In this document: positions 1 through 10,206 of the stretch, piece after piece
Layout: each line of letters opens with the position of its first letter
Numbering within the stretch: position 1 is the first letter of the stretch
Source: an uncultured Gemmatimonadales bacterium
GTDB lineage: Bacteria; Gemmatimonadota; Gemmatimonadetes; Gemmatimonadales; JACORV01
Assembly (NCBI GenBank): GCA_963812035.1
Contig: CAWETG010000010.1
Span: 180,975-244,974 of the forward strand
Length of the DNA: 64,000 bases
Reading direction: 5' to 3'
Notes under the pieces: model-generated
Database searches by the model: none
The model's input: the letters and a program-made list of their open reading frames with translations, nothing else
Told to the model about the DNA's origin: nothing
Translations under genes and position numbers: made by a program

Positions 1-588
1 GAAGAAGTTGAACAGCCACACCGCCGGGATCGCGACGATCAGGCCGAATGCCGTGGTGATCAGCGCCTCGGCGATACCGCCCGCCACCGCCGCCAGGCCA
101 CCCGACCCGCCGCCGGCCGCCATGCCGGTGAAGGCGTTCACGATGCCGAGCGTGGTGCCGAGCAGCCCCACGAACGGCGCCGTGGCGCCGACCGTAGCCA
201 GAATGCCCAGGCCGCGCTTCAGCTCGGCCTGGATGATCATCATGTTCCGCTCGATCGCCCGCTCGGCCGAGTTGATGTCGGCCACGGTGATCTGGCCGTC
301 GGTCAGCAACGGCTTGATCTCCTCGAGCGCCCCGACCAGCGTGCGCGCCACGTGGCTCTTCTTGTACTTGCCGGCCAACGCGATCGCGCCGTCCATCTGC
401 TCTTCCTGCAGGAACCGCGAGAACTCCGGAGCGAACTTCCGCGTCTCCTTCTGCGCCTTCCGGATTCTCCACCACTTGTTCATCGCGATGCCCAGCGACC
501 ACACCGACATGATCACCATGACGAACACGATGCCCCGTGGAAACCAGCTCATCGAGTTCCACAGCTCAAGCAACGAGAGATGCTGCAT
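1..588 (-). CDS. exbB: MotA/TolQ/ExbB proton channel family protein (3' end truncated by the window)
   Basis: Manual minus-strand translation MQHLSLLELWNSM...LATVGATAPFVGLLGTTLGIVNAF...GIAEALITTAFGLIVAIPA is the ExbB/TolQ signature. Not in the ORF track because no stop lies in the window. Directly downstream of tonB. Confidence 0.93.
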   Translation of the reverse strand, partial: MQHLSLLELWNSMSWFPRGIVFVMVIMSVWSLGIAMNKWWRIRKAQKETRKFAPEFSRFLQEEQMDGAIALAGKYKKSHVARTLVGALEEIKPLLTDGQITVADINSAERAIERNMMIIQAELKRGLGILATVGATAPFVGLLGTTLGIVNAFTGMAAGGGSGGLAAVAGGIAEALITTAFGLIVAIPAVWLFNFF

Positions 589-648
589 TACCTTGGCCCT
601 CCGAGTCCTGTGAGCGCGACCCGCGCCTCAGCAGCGCGGCCGATGAAG

Positions 649-1362
649 TTATGGACCACCCAACCCACCCTTGGTAACCGCATAGTTCAGCGGAACCTGC
701 ACACGAACCCGCACCGCGCGACCGGAGATCTTCCCCGGCCGGTACACCGACGCCGCCACCACTTCCTTGGACGGTTGCTCGAACAGTTGGTTCGTGCTCG
801 ACAGGATCTTGATCGACCCGCGTTCCGCGTGGCCGGTGGTGTCGATGATCGCCTCGACCACCACGTGGCCGTCGATGCCCGCCTGCTTCAGGATCTCCGG
901 ATAGTGCACCGGAGGATGGCTGATCAGCTCCGGCCGCTCCTCCACCACCGACTCCAGGTACGGCTGGTCGGTCCGCACCACCGGCCCCGTCGTGATGCCC
1001 CGCGCCACCCCGCCCTCGACCCCCACGCCGGAGAAGTCGGCCGCATTGAAGCTGGTGTTGGCCGACGGCGGCGGAATGTTGATCGGGATGTTGGTGGGCA
1101 TCGACAACGTCTGGAAGCCTTTCGGCGGAGCCACCACCGACGCCAGCTCCTGCTTGGGCGGCGGCGGCTCGTCCTTCTTCTCCTGCGTCTGCAACGTCAC
1201 GTCGAAGGTGTGCTGGACCTGCTTCACCACTTCCTTCGCGTGCATCGTGGCGTACACGGCAGCCGAAATCACTACGGCGTGGAGCACAATCGACAACGTG
1301 CCGCCGCCGAACGCGCCGCCGTACGCCGCGGACTTCTTGGACTCAATCAACATCTCAAACAC
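649..1362 (-). CDS. tonB: Energy transducer TonB family protein
   Basis: N-terminal TM helix with SIVLH, Pro-rich linker, C-terminal YPEILKQAGIDGHVVVEAIIDTTG TonB_C domain. GTG start at 1362 with GGAGG upstream. Confidence 0.92.
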   Translation of the reverse strand: MFEMLIESKKSAAYGGAFGGGTLSIVLHAVVISAAVYATMHAKEVVKQVQHTFDVTLQTQEKKDEPPPPKQELASVVAPPKGFQTLSMPTNIPINIPPPSANTSFNAADFSGVGVEGGVARGITTGPVVRTDQPYLESVVEERPELISHPPVHYPEILKQAGIDGHVVVEAIIDTTGHAERGSIKILSSTNQLFEQPSKEVVAASVYRPGKISGRAVRVRVQVPLNYAVTKGGLGGP

Positions 1363-1430
1363 GGGACCCTCCAGGCACTGCTTGCACAGGGAGCATACTC
1401 GCCGGGGATGAATACCCGATGAGCCCCGGA

Positions 1431-2908
1431 TTACGAATCGATGACAACCGCCGGCGGGTTCGCCGCCCGGGGAAGCGTCACCGTGAACGTGCTGCCCCGG
1501 CCCGGCCGGCTGGTGACCGCGATCGAGCCGCCGTGGGCTTCCGCGATCCACTTGCAGATCGAGAGCCCGAGCCCGAATCCCGGCCGCTCGCCGGTGCGTG
1601 ACCGCGCCGCGTCGGCCCGCCAGAACCGGTCGAACACGCGGTCCACGTCACCAGGCGCGATCCCGAGCCCGGTGTCGCGGACGGATATCGTGGCAGCTTC
1701 CGGCCCCGCCGTCAAGACGAGCCAGATGTGGCCCTCCGGAGGCGTGTACTTCACGGCGTTGGAGAGCAGGTTCAGCAGCAGCTGCCGCAGGCGCGCGCGG
1801 TCGGCCCGGACGAGGACCGGCTCGGGCAGCGTCTCGAGCGTGACCTCGACCCGCGCCTCCTCGCCGAGCATCTGGGCGGTCTCGTACACCTCCGCGACCA
1901 GCGCGCCGAGTTCCGCCGGCTCGGTGTGCAGCTCCATCCGGCCCTCGTCCACCCGCGCCAGCGTCAGCAGCGTGTCCACCAGCTCCGTCATCCGGCGCAC
2001 TTCCTGGAGCGTCTCATCCAGCGCCGCGATGGTCTCGGGCGCCGTGCGGGGATCGGTGAGCGAGTGCTCGACGCCGACTCGCATCACCGTGAGCGGCGTC
2101 TTCAGCTCGTGGCTCGCGTCGGCGATGAAGCGCCGCAACGCGGAGAAGCTGGTCTCGAGCCGCGCCAGCATCGCGTTGAGGGTGTGAGCGAGGCGGTCCA
2201 TCTCGTCGCCGGCCTCGGCCGACGCCGGAAGGCGCCGGTGCAGGCTGCGGCCGTCGGAGATCGCCTCCAGCTCGTCGATCATCCGGCCCAACGGCTGCAG
2301 GGCCCGGGACGACAGCAGGTAGCCGACGCCGATCGCGAACAGCAGGATGATGGGCGAGACCAGCAGCATCGAAGCGAGAACCCGCTGCGGCGCGATGTCC
2401 AGGTCGCGGGTCGGGGCACCGACCGCCACCGTGACCAGCGGCGCGGGCAGCCCGGCGGTCCGCGGAATGGGACGCGCGACGAAGCGCAGCGCGACCCCGT
2501 CGAGGGCGACGTCGAAGGTCTCGCGGTCGCCGCTCACGGCGAAGGTCCTGAAGCGCAGCGTATCGGCGGCCGCTGGCGAGAACCGCCGGGTCTCCGCCGA
2601 GCCGTACACGACGCGCGACAGCGTGTCGACGACCACCAGGTAGTCGGCGACCAGCTCCAGCGGCGCCTGCAGGTCGAGGCGGAGCGACGCCACCGAGGGG
2701 GAGCCGCGGACCTCGTCCAGCACGCGCCCCCCGGACGCCTCGGCCTGCCCCATCAGCCGGGCCGCGCGGTCGGCTTCGGTGGCGAGCCGGCGATCGAGGT
2801 CGGCGTAACGAGCCCGGCGGTCCACCAGCGAGGCCGTGACGCCGAAGGCGAGCACGGTCGCCAGCAGGGCGACCGTGTACCAGACCGCGAGCCGGGAACG
2901 GATGCTGC

Positions 2909-2912
<4 letters not shown>
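1431..2912 (-). CDS. HAMP-domain sensor histidine kinase (CusS/ArlS-like)
   Basis: Two TM helices, HAMP domain, H-box ADASHELKTPL, NLLSNAVKY, DTGLGI and GFGLGL boxes. GTG start overlaps the regulator stop (GTGA). Confidence 0.93.
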
Positions 2913-3560
<648 letters not shown>

Positions 3561-3580
<20 letters not shown>

Positions 3581-5165
3581 CGGTCGGGAGGATGACGCGG
3601 AAGGTGGAGCCGCGGCCCAGCTGCGAATCCACCTCGATCCGGCCCCGATGGTCCGCGACGATGCCGTAGCAGATGGAAAGTCCCAGGCCCGTGCCGCGGC
3701 CCTGGGGCTTGGTGGTGTAGAACGGCTCGAAGATCTTCTGGATGTCGTGGCCGGGGATGCCCGTCCCCGTATCGCAGAATGCGATGACCACCTCGTCCGC
3801 GCGGTCCGCGTTGAGGGAGGTCTGGATGGTGAGGGTGCCCCGCGCGTCCATGGCGTCCATCGCGTTCAGCATCAGCGCCATGAACACCTGGATCAGCTGC
3901 TCGCTGTTGGCCTGCACCCCGGGCAGGCCGCTCGCCAGATCGCGCTGCAGCGCCACCCGCTTGAAGCGCTCGTGGTGCTTCAGCAGGAACAACGTATCCT
4001 CCACCACCTTGTTGACGTCGGTCAGCGAGCGGGCACCGGTGCGCGGGCGGCTCACATCGAGCAGGCCCTCCACGATGCGCTTGCACCGCTGCACCTCGGT
4101 GTCCATGATCTTCACGTACTCGGCGATGCCGGCCTGCACCTCCGGGGGGGCATCCTGGGCCACGGCGCTCACCGCCTCGCAGCAGGCGCCGATGGTGGCG
4201 AGCGGATTGTTGATCTCGTGCATCACGCCGGCGGCGAGCTGGCCGATCGCGGCGAGCTTCTCCGACTGCGCGATCTGGCGCTGCACCGTCTTCCACTCGG
4301 TGATGTCCTCCCCCGTCGCGATGACGTGAGTGACCTCGTCGTCGTTGAGCCGCAGCGGGATCTTGGAGATCCGGTAGTGACGGATCTCGCCGGAGGCCTG
4401 GGACTCCTGCTCGAGCACCTGCATCCGGCCCGAGGCCAGCACTTCGTCGAACTCGCGCCGGAGCAGGTCCCGCGGCTGCCGGCTCAGCACGTCGAAGATC
4501 GGCCGGCCGATCGCCTCCTCGCGCGGCACGCCCTGGGTGCCGGTCTCGCGCTTGCGGTTCCAGGCCTGGATCCGGTAGTCGCGATCGATCACGTAGAGGC
4601 CGACCGGCAGCGCGTCGATCACCTTGGCGGTGAAGCGCCGCTGATCGTCGATCTCGCGCGCGCGGCGCGCGATCTCGAACGCGAGATCCTGGGACAGCTC
4701 CTTGGACGCCAGGAGCGGCGACAGCACGCTCGCCACCACCGTGAGGACGTCGCGCTCCATCGCCTCGCGGCCGTCGCGCGGGACCCGGACCTGGAGCAAC
4801 CCGAGGCGTTCCTCCTGGTGGACCAGGGGCACGCTGAGATCGAGCGCGTCCCAGCTGTCGGCGGGCGCGAGCGCGCCGGTGCGGATCGCGTCCGCGATCC
4901 GCGCCGCCTCCTCGGCCGACGGCTCGTCGCCCGTGGTCGCGATGGCGCGGAACGAGACCCCGTCCTCCTCCCGCACCCACAGGCGGCACTGGAGCGCGTC
5001 GAAACCGCTCCGCAGCGTGGCGACGACCGACGCCATCGCTGCCTCGGAGAAGACGCCGGCCGAGAGGGCGGCGCTCACCTCGGCGAGGAGTCGCAGCCCG
5101 GGGTGTGAGGGAACCGAGGATGTCAACCCAGCCTGCGGCACGCGCGGGGACGGTGGCTGCGCCAT
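3561..5165 (-). CDS. Cytoplasmic GAF-like/PAS sensor histidine kinase (NtrB-like)
   Basis: EKLAAIGQLAAGVMHEINNPL H-box, PAS segment LPVGLYVIDRDYRIQAWN, FEPFYTTK, GTGLGL. No TM helix. Confidence 0.92.
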
Positions 5166-5173
5166 GAGTGCCG

Positions 5174-5202
5174 AACCTAGGGTGCGATAGCGGAGACTTC
5201 AA
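5174..5202 (-). promoter_or_regulatory. sigma70-like promoter, near-leaderless
   Basis: Minus strand TTGAAG-N17-TAGGTT, with the ATG at 5165 only 8 nt downstream. Confidence 0.55.
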
Positions 5203-5316
5203 GCGTGCGTTGCCGCGCCCGGCCGGGAATCAGCCCGTGGCGCGTCGCGATCTCCCGGGCGCCGTGGCCGCCGAAGTGAACCAACCGCCGCCGCTCCGCA
5301 GGCGGTCCGACGACGG

Positions 5317-5928
5317 CTAGTGCCTCAGCGGCATGTTCAGCCGGAAGGCGAGTTCACCGAAGGTCGACGTCGTGCGGCCGACCAGCACCGCCGGACCGAA
5401 GAAGATGCCGACCGATTGCCCCAGCGGATCCCTGTTCCCGAAGACCAACCCGAGCAGCGCCGCCGCTCGCCCCCCCCAGGGACCCTGCGCCATGGGGGAG
5501 TGGATATCGGCAGCTCCGGCGACGTCGGCGGACGCCTCGAGCTTCAGCGATGCCGGGTAGCGGTCCGATCCCACACTGGCGATGTCCACGATCGGCTGGC
5601 GGATGGTGGCGCCGAGCGTAACGAAGAAGCCCCGCGACTGGCCGAACAGCACGGCCTGGTCCTGGACAAAGCTGCCGAGCGAGAGGGTGGCGCCCGCGCT
5701 CGTCGTCGTGTGGTGGCTCAATCTCCACAGCAGGGCCACCTCCAGCCCCGATGGCTGCCACGTCCCGCCGCTGAGCCCGATGAGCCCGATGCTGTAGGCG
5801 CGAGTGGCGTCCGGCAGCGTCGTGTCCTGCTCGAACAGCCCAGGGCGCCGGCCCGGCCCCTCGCCCGGCTCCTTCTGGGCGGCGAGCACCGACGGCGCGA
5901 ACAGCAGCAGGAACAACAGTCGTTTCAC
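5317..5928 (-). CDS. Hypothetical exported protein, possible small outer-membrane beta-barrel
   Basis: GTG start with GGAG upstream, signal peptide KRLLFLLLFAPSVLAA, alternating hydrophobic beta-strand pattern, ends ELAFRLNMPLRH. Confidence 0.65.
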   Translation of the reverse strand: MKRLLFLLLFAPSVLAAQKEPGEGPGRRPGLFEQDTTLPDATRAYSIGLIGLSGGTWQPSGLEVALLWRLSHHTTTSAGATLSLGSFVQDQAVLFGQSRGFFVTLGATIRQPIVDIASVGSDRYPASLKLEASADVAGAADIHSPMAQGPWGGRAAALLGLVFGNRDPLGQSVGIFFGPAVLVGRTTSTFGELAFRLNMPLRH

Positions 5929-6075
5929 GTGGACTCCGCTGGCAGTGGACTCAGTGAAGGTACTTCTATCCCGGTCGCCGCTGAAAGTTGCACGCGCGGC
6001 CGCGCGCCGCAGCCGCAAGCCCGCCGCAGCGCGGCCGGGGGCCGCATGCGGCCCCCGGCTGCAACGGACCGTCCC

Positions 6076-6432
6076 CTATGGCTGGTCGCCGATCGGCAGT
6101 GACTTAAACATGTCGCGCCAGTGCTTCAGGTTGCACTTCGGCGGGCACTGCGGCGGCGGCGGGATGATCGGCCCCCCCGGCACGCGCGGCAGGACGGGCT
6201 TGAGCCGCCGACCGACCGAGTCGCTGAACCGTTGGAGATCGCCGATTTCGACGCCCACGGCCTTGAACGTCGTGTCGGACCACTGGTACAGCGCGGCGAC
6301 ACCGGTTTCGGCCCGCGCCAGGCGCGTGCTGAGCGTCTGCACGCGCCACCACAGTAGCCCGCATACCACGATGGCGATCACCAGCACGACGATGAGCGCC
6401 GTCCGACCCTTGCTGCCTTCGGCTCCGTCCAT
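6076..6432 (-). CDS. Small membrane-anchored hypothetical protein with Pro-rich CPPKC tail
   Basis: Strong RBS GGAGGAG before the ATG at 6432, TM helix ALIVVLVIAIVVCGLLWW, amphipathic helix, then PRVPGGPIIPPPPQCPPKC. Confidence 0.7.
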   Translation of the reverse strand: MDGAEGSKGRTALIVVLVIAIVVCGLLWWRVQTLSTRLARAETGVAALYQWSDTTFKAVGVEIGDLQRFSDSVGRRLKPVLPRVPGGPIIPPPPQCPPKCNLKHWRDMFKSLPIGDQP

Positions 6433-6504
6433 GGAATTGCTCCTCCGTACCAAGTGGTCCCGTTCGCCGCCCGCGTCCGCGCGCGGCTGCGAGACCCACG
6501 TCCG

Positions 6505-9339
6505 TCACGAGCCCGCTCGACCCCACTGCACCAGCCGCCCCCTGAACCGCGCGGCGAGGTCCCGTCGACCGAGCGCCTGCGCCGCCCGGAACCGCACCTC
6601 GAGGCTCCGGGGCAGATACATCGTATACGCCATGGCCTGCGACGCGTCGAACACTCCGGCCACCTCCAGCGCGTCGGCGTAGCGCCGCCGCGCGAGCAGC
6701 AGCTGGGCCAGCAACATCCGCTCCTCCGCCAGCGATGGAAGCCACTCCCAGCCGATCGTGGCAATCGTGCCGCGGGGTGACTGCGCGGCCAGCACGGCCA
6801 ATGCGCGGGCGGTGTCCGCCTGCAGCAGGGCCAGTCTCGCCTCCATCGCCCCGTGAACGAGGGTGTCCATTCCATCGGCCCGGCCCACCCGCATGGTATC
6901 GGCAAGAAACTGGACGACCCGCCCCAGCCGCACGGCATCGTGTCGCAGCCAATCCCACATCCCGTGCCACCACAGCCACGGTGGGCCGTGACCCTTCACA
7001 TCAGCGTCCGGACCGCCGAGCGCCGGGTGGTTGAGGCCCGCGAGCGCGCCGCTGTCCGTTCCCACCCCCGCGACGGCGTCCACCATCTGCAGCATCCGAG
7101 CGCCCACCACCACGCTATCCACGGCCCAGTCGAGCAGACGGCGCACGTCGCGGTATCGCCCCTCGGCCACCAGCACCGACTGGTACCCCACCAGAGCGGC
7201 CCACCGCACCGGGAGCGAATCGCGGGGCGCCCCGTACAGCGCGGCCCGCAGCGCCCGCTCCGCGCAGCGGGGCTGCGCCTTGGCGAGACCGTGCCCCACC
7301 ACGAGCACGTCCCATGAGGCGTTGCCGGCGCCCCGCGCGGCGCGGTCCCAGTCCACGGCGTCCGGGCCATCCCTCACACACCGCATCATCCAGGTGGCCC
7401 TGCGGAGCCAGGCGCTGTCGGGCTCCGCCCGCCGCAGGGCGCCATACAGCGAGTCGGCTCGCGGCGTCCATCCGCGGCGCAGCTCGATCTCCCCGAGGTG
7501 GTAGAGCGCGGGCGTGAAGCCGGGGTCAAGCAGCCGTGCTCGCTCGAAATCGCGCTCGGCGAGGGAATCGGGGTTCCAGCCGCCGAACAGGAAGTGGTAG
7601 TGCACTTCGCCACGTGCCATCCACGCTTCGGTCCAGCCCGAGTCCAGCGCGATCGCGCGGCTGAACGCGTCCGCCGCCGCGGCGGGAGCGTTGACGAGAT
7701 AGGACCGGAGGCCTTCGACGAACCACCGGTACCTGGCCGGGGCGCGGCCGATATGGCGCAGCGCCACGTCCAGCAGTTGCATCGCCTGGGCGGAATCGTG
7801 GTTCCAGTTGGCGGCTGATGCACCCTTCAGCGCGGCGAGAACCGCGCCCGAGTCGATCTCGAGCGCGCGGTGGTAGCGCGCCAGCGCCGCGGTGAACTTC
7901 CCGTCGCGGTAGTCGAGGTCGCCGCGCACCGTGACCAGAACGGCCGCCGGGTCCTGGCCCTGAAGCATCTGCAAATCCACGCGCCGGCCCGGCGCAAGAA
8001 ACCGCGACAGCAGCGCCACCACGGCCCGCAGCCCCAACTCCGGGATGAACGTCGGACCGAACAGGCCGGCCTCGCTCACCTGCGGCAGCGTCGAGTCGCC
8101 CCGCACGTCGAACAGCTGCACGGCCACGCGCGCCGAGTCGCCCGCGCGCACCACCCATCCCTCGAGCGCGTAGCGCGCGTGCTGGCTGCGCGAGATGCGC
8201 CTGAGATCGGCCGAGGTGATGAGGTTGGGCTCACGCCGCTGCTCCGGCGTCAGCCAGGTCCAGCCGTCCACCACCTTGAGCGGCTCGGCGGTCTGGAGCG
8301 CCGAGTTGAGCAGCGAGCCGAGCGCCACACCGTCGCTGCGGACGCTGCTGTCGCTGCGCGCCTGGAGCGGGAAAACCACTATCTTGTTAGGATCGAGCGG
8401 CGTCCGCCGGGCGAGGCCGAGACCCACCGCCACCGCAGCCGCGGTCACCAGCACCGCGGCCAACGTCGCGCGCCGCGCGTGCCGCGCGCTCCATCCGGGC
8501 CGGCGCTTCGCCCGCTCCAGCGCCACGACGAACTCCGCCGCCGTCGCATACCGGTCCGCCGGCACCTTGGCCAGCGCCGTTTCGATCACCTGCTGCAGCG
8601 CCGGCGACACCGTGGCCCGCACCACGTGCAGCGAGCGCGGCGGCTCCTGCATCTGCCGCGCGAGCACCGCCTGCGCCGAGGGGCCCGTGAACGGCGGCTC
8701 GCCCCCGAGCATCTCGTACAGCACGCACCCCAGAGCGTAGATGTCGGTCCGCCCGTCCACGTGCGCCGTGCCCCCCGCTTGCTCCGGGCTCATGTACGCC
8801 GGCGTCCCGACCGCCATGCCCGCCGACGTCAGCCGGTCGGCGCCGGCCGCCGCGATGGCCTTCGCGACGCCGAAGTCGGCGACCAGCGCCTTGCCGGCAC
8901 AGAGCAGAATGTTCTCGGGCTTGATGTCGCGGTGAATGATGCCGTGCTCGTGCGCGCAGCCGATCGCTTCCGCCACTTCCTCCGTGATCGCGATCGCCTC
9001 GTCCACCGGCAGCTGCGTCTCGCGCTCGAGCCGCGCGCGCAGCGTCTCCCCCTCCACCAGCGGCATCGTGTAGTAGAGCAGGTCCTCGCGGTCGCCCGAC
9101 TCGAAGACCGTGACGATGTTGGGGTGCTGCAGCGCCGCCGCGATCGCGACCTCCCGGTGGAACCGGTCGGAGCCCAGGAGGTGAGTCAGCTCGGGATGGA
9201 GGACCTTGACGGCGACGCCGCGGCCCAGCCGGCGGTCGAAGGCACGAAAGACCGTCGCCATGCCCCCGCGCCCCAACTCGCCCTGGACCTCGTAACGGTC
9301 CCCGAGCGCGTCTTGGATGGACGCTCGGACATCGGCCAC
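6505..9339 (-). CDS. Hanks-type Ser/Thr protein kinase with TM helix, TolB-N-like and TPR-like C-terminal region
   Basis: GRGGMATV, VAVKVL, HRDIKPEN, ADFG and GTPAYMSPEQ motifs; TM ATLAAVLVTAAAVAVGLGL; TPR-like repeats (AFSRAIALDSGWTEAW, FERARLLDPGF). Confidence 0.93.
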   Translation of the reverse strand: MADVRASIQDALGDRYEVQGELGRGGMATVFRAFDRRLGRGVAVKVLHPELTHLLGSDRFHREVAIAAALQHPNIVTVFESGDREDLLYYTMPLVEGETLRARLERETQLPVDEAIAITEEVAEAIGCAHEHGIIHRDIKPENILLCAGKALVADFGVAKAIAAAGADRLTSAGMAVGTPAYMSPEQAGGTAHVDGRTDIYALGCVLYEMLGGEPPFTGPSAQAVLARQMQEPPRSLHVVRATVSPALQQVIETALAKVPADRYATAAEFVVALERAKRRPGWSARHARRATLAAVLVTAAAVAVGLGLARRTPLDPNKIVVFPLQARSDSSVRSDGVALGSLLNSALQTAEPLKVVDGWTWLTPEQRREPNLITSADLRRISRSQHARYALEGWVVRAGDSARVAVQLFDVRGDSTLPQVSEAGLFGPTFIPELGLRAVVALLSRFLAPGRRVDLQMLQGQDPAAVLVTVRGDLDYRDGKFTAALARYHRALEIDSGAVLAALKGASAANWNHDSAQAMQLLDVALRHIGRAPARYRWFVEGLRSYLVNAPAAAADAFSRAIALDSGWTEAWMARGEVHYHFLFGGWNPDSLAERDFERARLLDPGFTPALYHLGEIELRRGWTPRADSLYGALRRAEPDSAWLRRATWMMRCVRDGPDAVDWDRAARGAGNASWDVLVVGHGLAKAQPRCAERALRAALYGAPRDSLPVRWAALVGYQSVLVAEGRYRDVRRLLDWAVDSVVVGARMLQMVDAVAGVGTDSGALAGLNHPALGGPDADVKGHGPPWLWWHGMWDWLRHDAVRLGRVVQFLADTMRVGRADGMDTLVHGAMEARLALLQADTARALAVLAAQSPRGTIATIGWEWLPSLAEERMLLAQLLLARRRYADALEVAGVFDASQAMAYTMYLPRSLEVRFRAAQALGRRDLAARFRGRLVQWGRAGS

Positions 9340-9546
9340 CCTGCGTGCCGCTTTCTCGAGTGGACCTTGCCCACTCGCCGGACGGACGCTGACGGTGCTA
9401 TGGGAACGGATGTCGGGTCTCGAACCGACAGCCTACACTGCGCCTCGAACCGAATTTTCGCGAGAGCTAACTGGAGGCGAATCCCGACTGGGCGACTCGC
9501 CATTGCCTTTGGCCTGCAGCAGCGCGTCGCACCGCACACGGCGCCA

Positions 9547-10107
9547 TCACGGTGATCGGCTCAAGGGCTGGTCGGGGATTTCCATGGTGAACGTGAGGCC
9601 GGTGACGCGCCATTCGCCGTGGTGCTTCATGAGGTGGAACGCATCCATGCCGTAGTGGACCGCGGTGGACTCGCGCGTTACGCCGCAGCGCGCGCGATAC
9701 GTCACCCAGGCGTCGGCGAGCGGGCCGTAGGTGACCACGTTGGCACGCGCGATCTCGTCGGAGAAGCTGGCAGGGCAGTCGTGGATGCCGTGCCTGGTGG
9801 CGAGCACCACGAAGTCCTCGATGGCGACGATGTGCACGCTATCGGCGCTGTCGGCGGCGAGGCGCATGACGGTCGCGATGGTCGCCTGCGGCCAGAAACT
9901 CTCCGCCAGCACCGTCCAATCGCGCGACGTGAGCCGCGCGTAGTAGAGCCGCAGCGCCGCATACACCTCGGCAGAAGCGACGGAATCCGCGGTTGCGACG
10001 GCGGCCCCGGGCCCGCCCGGGCGGCCGGTTGGCGCGCGCTCGATCCGGCAGGAGGCGAGCGCGAGCACGCCAAGCATGGCAAGCGGGGCAACACCGGCGC
10101 GGCGCAC
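9547..10107 (-). CDS. NTF2/SnoaL-like fold lipoprotein
   Basis: Lipobox LALASC; NTF2-like C-terminus GPLADAWVTY...GMDAFHLMKHHGEWRVTGL. Confidence 0.75.
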   Translation of the reverse strand: MRRAGVAPLAMLGVLALASCRIERAPTGRPGGPGAAVATADSVASAEVYAALRLYYARLTSRDWTVLAESFWPQATIATVMRLAADSADSVHIVAIEDFVVLATRHGIHDCPASFSDEIARANVVTYGPLADAWVTYRARCGVTRESTAVHYGMDAFHLMKHHGEWRVTGLTFTMEIPDQPLSRSP

Positions 10108-10206
10108 CCCGCAATGTCACCGGGGCGGAGGGCGCGGGCAAGCAGTCTGGCGGCTCGCCCTGGCCCGCCGCATATTCGCGCCGATCCCCTTCCCGAGAGT
10201 CCGCTC

